IMG/VR virus record: IMGVR_UViG_3300025598_000024
Span: 41,160 to 105,159 of that record
Length of the DNA stretch: 64,000 bases
Origin: a virus
Reading direction: 5' to 3' (one strand)
Numbering within the stretch: the stretch's first letter is position 1; each line of letters opens with the position of its first letter. A model generated the notes under the pieces. It was not told the DNA's origin and searched no databases. It was given only the letters and a program-made list of their open reading frames with translations. This document shows positions 9,399 to 15,624 of this stretch, in pieces. Position numbers and translations under genes: made by a program.

Positions 9399-9788
9399 TT
9401 AGTCGCAGCAGCTGTCCCGCCAGCCACATCCACCACACTTGTAGTGAGCATGCTCTGGCTTGAGGTCTGAACCACACTGTGGACAGTCCATGAAAACTGC
9501 GAGGGGGTTATGCTGCTGCTTGTCCCACTCTACACTACCACAGCACCCATCGCAACCGTGCACGCTGGTCTCTTTGAGCTCTGTGATCCTGTACTCATCT
9601 GGATCAGGATGACCAATACCATGAGTGCAGATGCGTTCCATGATACCACGGTCAGTTCTCCAGTGCTGTGGAAAAGACCGCATGGAATGATCAGACATGT
9701 TGTGAATGGTGCACTGTTGCCCATTGCACTGATCGCTGTCATGAACCATCAAGTAGACATCAGAGTTTTCTAACTGAACACGTTCCAT
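9399..9788 (-). CDS. Cys/His-rich hypothetical protein with C-terminal Zn ribbon
   Basis: ERICTHGIGHPDPD, HGCDGCC, CPQCG...CGGCG; AAAGGA RBS before ATG 9788. Confidence 0.7.
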   Translation of the reverse strand: MERVQLENSDVYLMVHDSDQCNGQQCTIHNMSDHSMRSFPQHWRTDRGIMERICTHGIGHPDPDEYRITELKETSVHGCDGCCGSVEWDKQQHNPLAVFMDCPQCGSDLKPEHAHYKCGGCGWRDSCCD

Positions 9789-9806
9789 ACTAATCCTTTT
9801 TACTGC

Positions 9807-9875
9807 AGTGGACATTGAGGGACTCGAACCCCCGACCCTCTGGATGTAAGCCAGATGCTCTAACCAACTGAGCTA
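9807..9875. repeat. 69-bp direct repeat copy 1 (tRNA-Val minus the 5' acceptor strand)
   Basis: identical to 11385-11453. Confidence 0.95.
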
Positions 9876-9882
9876 CCAAGGC
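9809..9882 (-). pseudogene. chimeric pseudo-tRNA-Val(TAC) with a mismatched acceptor stem
   Basis: 5' strand GCCTTGG cannot pair with 3' strand AATGTCC; the rest is identical to tRNA-Val. Confidence 0.8.
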
Positions 9883-9892
9883 CTATAGTTCT

Positions 9893-9921
9893 AGTATAGT
9901 GGTTACCTTGTTCGAGTGCAA
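9893..9921 (-). promoter_or_regulatory. sigma70-type promoter upstream of the chimeric tRNA
   Basis: TTGCAC (9921-9916), 17 nt, TATACT (9898-9893). Confidence 0.7.
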
Positions 9922-9995
9922 CTCTTAGCAAGAGTAGAGATTGACCACTATGCCATTGACCTTAAGGATTTCCACGGCCTTGTTTGATGAAGCCG

Positions 9996-11264
9996 TTAAA
10001 TCGACAGAATGCCACCTTGCCTCGGGCCATCCTTGATTGCGATCAAGTTGGCGTTCACGTAGCTTATGTCGTGTTCACGGTGCCAATCATTCGGGAAGAA
10101 CGTAATCAGGCGACTTACCTGGAATCGGCACGTGATCTGGGGCACGAAGTTGGCGTAGTTGCGATCCGTGAAGTACCAAAAGCTGTTCTCGTTGTAGAAC
10201 GCTACGTGGGTGGGGTCTTGGAATGCACCACGACCGTCCGTGCTGGGAGTCAAGGAGAGCAGGATGCCACCGTGTGCGAGCACTCGGTAAAGCTCGTTGA
10301 ACAACGTCACCTTGTCGGGAATGTGCTCGAGGAAGTCACGAGCTCGAATGACGCCGACCGAGTTATCAGGCAGCGGGATGCCCTTCGTCACATCAGCCAC
10401 GATGTCGACACCCGGCCGCTCGTACTGATCCACACCGACGTACTGGGGGTGCTTGTTGTGGGCCGCACCGAGGTCGAGGGCGAGCAGGCCCTCACGCTTC
10501 GCCCACGCCAGCGCATTGCCTTCGACGTAGGAGTCATACAGGGCAACCGTGTCGGTTTGGATCGCCTGGTTGATCGTGGGGTCAGACTGGGTATTCCTCG
10601 AGTGGACCCGCTGGAGGTAGAGGCACTGGTCGATGAGGTGGAACGCCGTGTGCTGGAACAGCCGGCACATCAGGTCTTGGTCGTCAAGCACCGTCAGCTC
10701 AGGGTTGTACCCACCAGCTGCGTCGTAGGTGGTCTTGCGAAAGGCTCGGAGGTGGTTCGGTGCGTACCAGATGTAACTAACGTTTTGTGGATACGGCAAC
10801 ATTGAGTTGCACTGCAACACTGATTGGCCGTTCACCTCGACTTCGGTGTACTCCCAACCGTGGGCCGGGTTGAAACGCTGATCGTTTCGTGAACCATCTT
10901 CATTAATCTGTGCACATTGGCTATAGACGAAACCAACCGATGGGTTGGCATCAAAAGCAGCGACCACTTCAGCCAAGGCTTCTTGAGCCAACAAGTCATC
11001 GTGGTCGAGTTCCAACAAGAACTCACCACGAGTTTGCTCGCAGGCATAACGCTTTGCTGCTCCAACACCATGCAGATCGTTGTTCTGCAACACTCGAACC
11101 CGAGGATCAGCAACCGGCGGACGCCAGTTGGCTCCATTGTTCATCACAACAACCCACTCCCAATCGGAGAAGGTCTGAGCTACGAGGCTGTCAAAACATT
11201 CATTCAGGAACGTTGGACGGTGGCTCGGCGTGAAGACGCTGATGCGCGGTTCGGTGGGGCTCAC
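9996..11264 (-). CDS. GT2 glycosyltransferase fused to a SAM-dependent methyltransferase
   Basis: ISVFTPS, LELDHDD, DDQDL; C-terminal LDLGAA, FLEHIPD, ELYRVL.HGG, DPTH. Confidence 0.88.
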   Translation of the reverse strand: MSPTEPRISVFTPSHRPTFLNECFDSLVAQTFSDWEWVVVMNNGANWRPPVADPRVRVLQNNDLHGVGAAKRYACEQTRGEFLLELDHDDLLAQEALAEVVAAFDANPSVGFVYSQCAQINEDGSRNDQRFNPAHGWEYTEVEVNGQSVLQCNSMLPYPQNVSYIWYAPNHLRAFRKTTYDAAGGYNPELTVLDDQDLMCRLFQHTAFHLIDQCLYLQRVHSRNTQSDPTINQAIQTDTVALYDSYVEGNALAWAKREGLLALDLGAAHNKHPQYVGVDQYERPGVDIVADVTKGIPLPDNSVGVIRARDFLEHIPDKVTLFNELYRVLAHGGILLSLTPSTDGRGAFQDPTHVAFYNENSFWYFTDRNYANFVPQITCRFQVSRLITFFPNDWHREHDISYVNANLIAIKDGPRQGGILSI

Positions 11265-11365
11265 TTCTTCGGACGCAGAATGGCCGGCTTAATCCAGTCC
11301 CACTCTCCTTTGGCATTCTTGACCTGGAGAGTTGCTCCTATACTGACGCTGAGTTTAATTTCCAT
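11261..11365 (-). pseudogene. truncated 34-aa paralogue of the 8609-8911 gene
   Basis: MEIKLSVSIGATLQVKNAKGEWDWIKP (23/27 identical) then AILRPKK*; its TGA overlaps the GT GTG start. Confidence 0.8.
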
Positions 11366-11384
11366 GTTTTCCTTTCTTACTTGG

Positions 11385-11453
11385 AGTGGACATTGAGGGA
11401 CTCGAACCCCCGACCCTCTGGATGTAAGCCAGATGCTCTAACCAACTGAGCTA
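11385..11453. repeat. 69-bp direct repeat copy 2
   Basis: identical to 9807-9875. Confidence 0.95.
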
Positions 11454-11460
11454 AATGTCC
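11387..11460 (-). tRNA. tRNA-Val(TAC)
   Basis: GGACATT/AATGTCC acceptor, TCTGG-CT-TAC-AT-CCAGA, TTCGAGT. Confidence 0.92.
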
Positions 11461-11469
11461 TAAAAATTG

Positions 11470-11628
11470 CTACTCTTCAGGTGGAGAAAAGAGATACAAT
11501 TCTTCTGTGTCATAAGCCTGTAAATCATCTGGGAATGATGAAAACTCTACTACTGCTTTACCATCAGAAGTAAAGCCAATAATCTTTCCAATTTCGATTG
11601 CTACGTAATCACCAGCTTTTAATGTCAT
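11470..11628 (-). CDS. small hypothetical protein (52 aa, not in the ORF track)
   Basis: MTLKAGDYVAIEIGK...; AAAGG RBS; fills the gap between neighbours. Confidence 0.55.
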   Translation of the reverse strand: MTLKAGDYVAIEIGKIIGFTSDGKAVVEFSSFPDDLQAYDTEELYLFSPPEE

Positions 11629-11643
11629 TTGTTTGCCTTTCTT

Positions 11644-11868
11644 TTAGTTGACGTACGTGATCTTACCACGTTCTGCATCAGTGTCAAACTCTAGTGGGAT
11701 CTCTGTGAGCAGGTCCCAGATCTGCACTGCATCGCATGGCCATGAGATATTGTACACGCCGTTTGGCCCTGCGCAACCACGGCACAGGCTAACGCTAGTG
11801 CCAGCGCCTTGTGCCTGGATCATTGGTGAGTGCTTCATTACCAGTTCGTATGGTGCATAGTTGTTCAT
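11644..11868 (-). CDS. hypothetical protein
   Basis: ATGA overlap with thyX stop; H..CxxC...WPC motif. Confidence 0.6.
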   Translation of the reverse strand: MNNYAPYELVMKHSPMIQAQGAGTSVSLCRGCAGPNGVYNISWPCDAVQIWDLLTEIPLEFDTDAERGKITYVN

Positions 11869-12542
11869 GGTGCGACCCTACCATTCTCGTTCCATGCCTC
11901 GTATGTTACCGGCATGGCTTGTTTAAAAAACTCTTCGACAGCACGAGCATAGTCCTGAATCTCCTGTTGTGCATGCCGCTCTGCTCTAAGGCTCAAGAAC
12001 GCCATCAATGACCTGGCGTTCACTGTCCAGATCCATTCAGTGTATGCGTTCACTGGCAGTACAATGCGTGCCAGCTCTGGTGCTACCCCACATGCTAGCA
12101 GAGTTTTGTAGCCCTGGAATGCACTGCTTGACGCTGAGTCAATCAGCCCTGCGATAGCAGGTTCATTCATGACTTCGTACTCGTAGGCTCCTGGCTTGCC
12201 AACACGCTTGCGGATGTGATCACGGTCAGGAACATAGTAGCCCATGTCGATCTCGGTGTAACGACCGCTCACCTCATTGAATGAGTTGCCAATACGATGA
12301 CGGATCCATTCCCTGGCCACAAAGATTGGCAGGCGAACACAGAACTTGAAGTAGGTGTGTTCGAATGGTGAACCATGCCGGTTACGCATAAGGTAACCGA
12401 TCAGTTTGTCATCGCCAGGTTCCATCTGTTCATGGCTGGTATGGAAAGACACGCGTGCAGCGTTAACCACGTCCAGGTCACTGGCACTGCTGTCTAACAG
12501 TGTGACGAACCCATCGTTATGTACTTTGATTGTATTTTCCAT
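11865..12542 (-). CDS. thyX: flavin-dependent thymidylate synthase
   Basis: AARVS, HGSPFEH, REWIRHR, SFNEVSGRY, ELAR.VLP, NARSL..F..LR, HAQQEI. Confidence 0.95.
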   Translation of the reverse strand: MENTIKVHNDGFVTLLDSSASDLDVVNAARVSFHTSHEQMEPGDDKLIGYLMRNRHGSPFEHTYFKFCVRLPIFVAREWIRHRIGNSFNEVSGRYTEIDMGYYVPDRDHIRKRVGKPGAYEYEVMNEPAIAGLIDSASSSAFQGYKTLLACGVAPELARIVLPVNAYTEWIWTVNARSLMAFLSLRAERHAQQEIQDYARAVEEFFKQAMPVTYEAWNENGRVAP

Positions 12543-12618
12543 GGAGCCGAGAGTGGGATTCGAACCCACGACATCTTTATTACAAGTAAAGCACTCTGAC
12601 CAACTGAGCTATCTCGGC
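12542..12618 (-). tRNA. tRNA-Thr(TGT)
   Basis: GCCGAGA/TCTCGGC, CTTTA-CT-TGT-AA-TAAAG, encoded CCA. Confidence 0.93.
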
Positions 12619-12623
12619 GGGTG

Positions 12624-12696
12624 TACCCCTGGCACGAATCGAACGCGCAACCTAGTGGGTAGAAACCACTTGCTCTATCCATTGAGCTACAGGGGC
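12624..12696 (-). tRNA. tRNA-Arg(TCT)
   Basis: GCCCCTG/CAGGGGT, AGTGG-TT-TCT-AC-CCACT, TTCGATT. Confidence 0.9.
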
Positions 12697-12701
12697 ATAT
12701 T

Positions 12702-12878
12702 CTAGTGGGTGATGTCATGCTCCTTGTCGAACTGCTTGTGAATCTTCTGCCAGATCCGTTTACGACCCAGGTAGTAACCCAGTGTGAACACAATGATCTC
12801 TTCTATCACACTCACAATGCTTTCCGCAATCAGATGATTGGGATCGGTGAGAATGCTCCACCAGGTCTCGTGATGCAT
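12702..12878 (-). CDS. small membrane protein (58 aa, not in the ORF track)
   Basis: MHHETWWSILTDPNH...IIVFTLGYYLG...; GGAG RBS. Confidence 0.6.
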   Translation of the reverse strand: MHHETWWSILTDPNHLIAESIVSVIEEIIVFTLGYYLGRKRIWQKIHKQFDKEHDITH

Positions 12879-12880
12879 GG

Positions 12881-13120
12881 CTAACTCCCTGTGTCGTAGA
12901 TGTTATCGCTGATCCCGTTCTGCCGCAAGATCTCGATTGCCTCATAGTAGTACGGGTTGCTCATCACACTAGCAGCCGGTGCTGCTGTCTTCAACACACT
13001 CTTCACCCACATCTTGTTAGCGTCATAGTTTACGAATGCATCGATCAGCTTGGGCTGTACCGGTACCTTGGCCAGTTCCAGGATGATCCTTGCTGCCCAT
13101 CGTATATCTTTAGTTGTCAT
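12881..13120 (-). CDS. hypothetical protein
   Basis: GGAGG RBS, 79 aa. Confidence 0.65.
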   Translation of the reverse strand: MTTKDIRWAARIILELAKVPVQPKLIDAFVNYDANKMWVKSVLKTAAPAASVMSNPYYYEAIEILRQNGISDNIYDTGS

Positions 13121-13131
13121 TGTTACCTCCG

Positions 13132-13174
13132 TACCCTGAGGGGGACTTGAACCCCCACCCCATGGAGTATACCA
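13132..13174 (-). pseudogene. 3' half of a split class II (Leu-type) tRNA
   Basis: TGG + 15-nt variable region + GGGGG-TTCAAGT-CCCCC + TCAGGGT + A73; begins immediately after the HNH stop. Confidence 0.85.
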
Positions 13175-13624
13175 TTATTTTTTCTTGTGTGCTGCTGTTT
13201 TCAATGCATGGCAGTTAGGGCACAAAATTTGTAAGTTCTCCAAAGAATTATCAAAATGATCACTGTTGATATGGTCTAGCTCTAGCGGTGCTGGTTGCCC
13301 CAACCATTCTGTTATCCCACAGACCTCACAAATGGCTTCTTTAATACCCTCCTTGATAAGTTTTAACCTTAACTTCCCAGAATGGATTGGCTGCCTATTA
13401 GATAGGTACTCTTCGATATCAACTTTATTCCTGGCTGGTCTTCCTTTTGTAAAGCTTTTGCCAACAAAATGTGAGTAATCAATACCTGCTTTTACAGCCC
13501 TATTTTTTAAATGGGTTTGTGACCCAGTCATTGGTTTTACGCCTATTTTTCTGCATGTATCAGCCCATGTAGTAGATGAAGCCACTGCATCAGCCAACTG
13601 TTGATCTGTATATCTATGTTTCAT
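13175..13624 (-). CDS. HNH homing-type endonuclease
   Basis: CEVCG...LELDHINSDHFDNSLENLQILCPNCHA; AT-rich. Confidence 0.92.
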   Translation of the reverse strand: MKHRYTDQQLADAVASSTTWADTCRKIGVKPMTGSQTHLKNRAVKAGIDYSHFVGKSFTKGRPARNKVDIEEYLSNRQPIHSGKLRLKLIKEGIKEAICEVCGITEWLGQPAPLELDHINSDHFDNSLENLQILCPNCHALKTAAHKKK

Positions 13625-13678
13625 GTATACTATAACACCACGTATACACTTTTACATTGTTTACATTGTTTTATATTG

Positions 13679-13762
13679 TGCCCCCGGTCAGACTCGAACT
13701 GACAAGACCTTACGGTCATTACCTCCTAAGGGTAACGTGTTTACCTATTTCACCACGGGGGC
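13679..13762 (-). tRNA. tRNA-Leu(TAG), nested inside the split tRNA
   Basis: GCCCCCG/CGGGGGC, TTACC-CT-TAG-GA-GGTAA, long variable arm, A73. Confidence 0.92.
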
Positions 13763-13802
13763 ATATCAAACCTGGCGCGTCTGCCTATTCCGCCATCAGG
13801 GC
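13763..13802 (-). pseudogene. 5' half of a split Leu-type tRNA
   Basis: GCCCTGA TG GCG-GAATAGGCAGA-CGC G CCAGG TT TGA TA; the acceptor strand pairs with TCAGGGT at 13133-13139. Confidence 0.85.
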
Positions 13803-13806
13803 TCTG

Positions 13807-13880
13807 TGCCCCAGGTGGGATTCGAACCCACACTACAAGGATTTTAAGTCCTCCTCCTCTGCCTGTTGGGATACTAGGGC
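13807..13880 (-). tRNA. tRNA-Leu(TAA) with short variable loop
   Basis: GCCCTAG/CTGGGGC, GAGGA-CT-TAA-AA-TCCTT, 5-nt variable loop. Confidence 0.9.
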
Positions 13881-13885
13881 TTCTG

Positions 13886-13967
13886 TGGGCCAGGTAGGAT
13901 TCGAACCTACGTAGCTTTACGCGGCGGTTTTACAGACCGCTTCCTTTGGCCGCTCGGACACTGACCC
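13886..13967 (-). tRNA. tRNA-Tyr(GTA)
   Basis: GGGTCAG/CTGGCCC, GCGGT-CT-GTA-AA-ACCGC, long variable arm. Confidence 0.93.
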
Positions 13968-13978
13968 ATTCTACTGCG

Positions 13979-14052
13979 TCGGAATGACAGGATTCGAACC
14001 TGCGACATCTGCGTCCCAAACGCAGCGCTCTACCAAGCTGAGCTACATTCCG
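13979..14052 (-). tRNA. tRNA-Pro(TGG)
   Basis: CGGAATG/CATTCCG, CTGCG-TT-TGG-GA-CGCAG. Confidence 0.93.
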
Positions 14053-14062
14053 TATACTGTTG

Positions 14063-14133
14063 TCCTCCTGGAGGGTACCGCCCCCTCTTTTCAGGATTAA
14101 AAGTCCCGTACATCACTTTAATGTTTCAGGAGG
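14063..14133 (-). tRNA. non-canonical tRNA-Lys(TTT)
   Basis: CCTCCTG/CAGGAGG, ACAT/ATGT D stem, CGGGA-CT-TTT-AA-TCCTG, GAGGG/CCCTC T stem; but A8, no D-loop GG, T loop GGCGGTA. Confidence 0.7.
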
Positions 14134-14605
14134 TTAAATATTCTTCTATTGATTCTTTCTTTTTTTCATACCATCCTAGTCTGATGTTGCAACTATAGCA
14201 CAGTAACCCTCTAACGCTACCAGTTTTGTGATCGTGATCAACACAAAAGTTTTTACCAGTAGAGCACCTATCGATCTTGCATATTCCACAGCGATGGTTT
14301 TGACCCTCTAGCATACTGTAGTAATCAGCAATAGTCAAACCAAATTTTCTAGTAGCAGATTTTATATTAAAACAATTTCTACAATATGCATTTTTATTGT
14401 TATCACCTTTGTAGGCACCACAGTATAAACATGGTTTTGGTGATGGTACATAACTGGAGTACCTAACTGAATGCTGTGCTCTAGCTGCGCAGCTTTGAGA
14501 ACAGTATAATCCTATATTCTTTTTTACTTGATAGGCATATCTTTTATATACATTGCTACAGTCAGTTCTACTGCATATTACTTGCTCTGATGTTCTAGTA
14601 GTCAT
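14126..14605 (-). CDS. endonuclease VII-family homing-type endonuclease
   Basis: CGIC...VDHDHKTGSVRGLLCYSCN..LG; N-terminal YCSQSC Zn motifs; AT-rich; AGGAG RBS. Confidence 0.88.
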   Translation of the reverse strand: MTTRTSEQVICSRTDCSNVYKRYAYQVKKNIGLYCSQSCAARAQHSVRYSSYVPSPKPCLYCGAYKGDNNKNAYCRNCFNIKSATRKFGLTIADYYSMLEGQNHRCGICKIDRCSTGKNFCVDHDHKTGSVRGLLCYSCNIRLGWYEKKKESIEEYLTS

Positions 14606-14650
14606 AGTCACTCTCCTGTGGCTACTAGTGCAAGTACAAGTATGAATTAA

Positions 14651-14678
14651 ATCACTCTACCAACTGAGTTACAGGGGC
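14651..14678 (-). pseudogene. 5' remnant of a canonical tRNA (acceptor strand + D arm)
   Basis: GCCCCTG TA ACTC-AGTTGGTA-GAGT G, then no anticodon or T arm. Confidence 0.75.
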
Positions 14679-14995
14679 ATGTAATCGTACTCCCAATCAT
14701 CCATGCTACCCAACCTTACCAGATGCATGCAAGGATCGTCACCTCTATCCCAGGCCTGCTCTTCAGTGGGATGCACAGGGTACCCATCGTGTGTGTTGCA
14801 GAACTGCTCACTACAGTAGCCGTTCTCCACGCCATAGTTCAACCACTGCTCAAAGTCCATCCTGGCATCTCGCTGCTCTTGACAGGTGCAGTACCAGTCA
14901 AAGTGAATACGGAATGCCTGTCGCCTGCAGTTCAGGCAGTGCTTGACGCCTTCGCTGTCTGTGTCTACTTCAGTCTTGTGTACCATTTCTACCAA
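14669..14995 (-). CDS. hypothetical Cys/His-rich protein
   Basis: FEQWL.YG...GYCS...CNTHDG.P....GDDPC.H.VRL. Confidence 0.6.
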   Translation of the reverse strand: MVEMVHKTEVDTDSEGVKHCLNCRRQAFRIHFDWYCTCQEQRDARMDFEQWLNYGVENGYCSEQFCNTHDGYPVHPTEEQAWDRGDDPCMHLVRLGSMDDWEYDYMPL

Positions 14996-15624
14996 CGCCC
15001 CGGTTCATAATAGTTAAAAAGAACTGCGATATCATCACAGTATATCACGTTCTCTTTGGTTTGATAAGCAATAACCTCATCTATAAATATACCATCACCC
15101 GATGGGTGAAGCGGTACCCTGAACTGTTTGAGAATCTTTCCAGTCAGAAAGATCTGTTCAATACTAACATGATCTCTCCTGGCCGACTCAGGGGTTGCGT
15201 TAAGACGTGTCGGAGGGTGAGCGCTCTCTGGTGCATGACCTTCAGGCAGCCTGTACCCTCTTTCCATTGCTGTGATAATAACGTCAGATGCTTTACCCTG
15301 TGACTTGACAAGATTTATTCTGTCTGCTAGGTCTTTGAAAAACGTAGGGTCGTATGCATCATCATCATTTAAAAAGCACCAGTACTCATCGTCTTTAACA
15401 TGATTAGCAATAAACCAATTTAATGACGTGTTGCTACGCGCCCAAAATTCTGTTGCATCATTGGGGCAACGATACGATATAATCCAGTCCTCATCGAACT
15501 GAAGACCAAATCCAAGATCATCATCAACTATTACGTGCCAGATAACGTCATGCATACTGAGCATATGTTTTAGAAGAGGTATGTTTTTGAACCTCATCAT
15601 TGGCGTTACAACATTAAAACGCAT
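14989..15624 (-). CDS. GT2-like glycosyltransferase
   Basis: VVTP, FLNDDD, DG.FI, NY. Confidence 0.7.
   Translation of the reverse strand: MRFNVVTPMMRFKNIPLLKHMLSMHDVIWHVIVDDDLGFGLQFDEDWIISYRCPNDATEFWARSNTSLNWFIANHVKDDEYWCFLNDDDAYDPTFFKDLADRINLVKSQGKASDVIITAMERGYRLPEGHAPESAHPPTRLNATPESARRDHVSIEQIFLTGKILKQFRVPLHPSGDGIFIDEVIAYQTKENVIYCDDIAVLFNYYEPGRW

Noticed and set aside
9984-10805. 273-aa plus-strand ORF
   Set aside because: Antisense shadow of the GC-rich GT gene
9807-11453. Autonomous integrative element or satellite
   Set aside because: No integrase, transposase or replication gene in the cargo
12543-12569. N-terminal extension of ThyX in the ORF track (MGSNPTLGS)
   Set aside because: Lies within tRNA-Thr; the 9789-9815 extension likewise starts inside the pseudo-tRNA
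13175-13762. Group I intron in the tRNA-Leu anticodon loop
   Set aside because: The insert is fully occupied by a tRNA, a short spacer and the HNH ORF, leaving no room for a ribozyme core; 2 nt of the anticodon stem are also missing
14612-14678. Complete tRNA (Met/CAT or TCA suppressor) upstream of EndoVII
   Set aside because: No pairing anticodon stem or T arm; the partial CAGGAGA match is the EndoVII RBS
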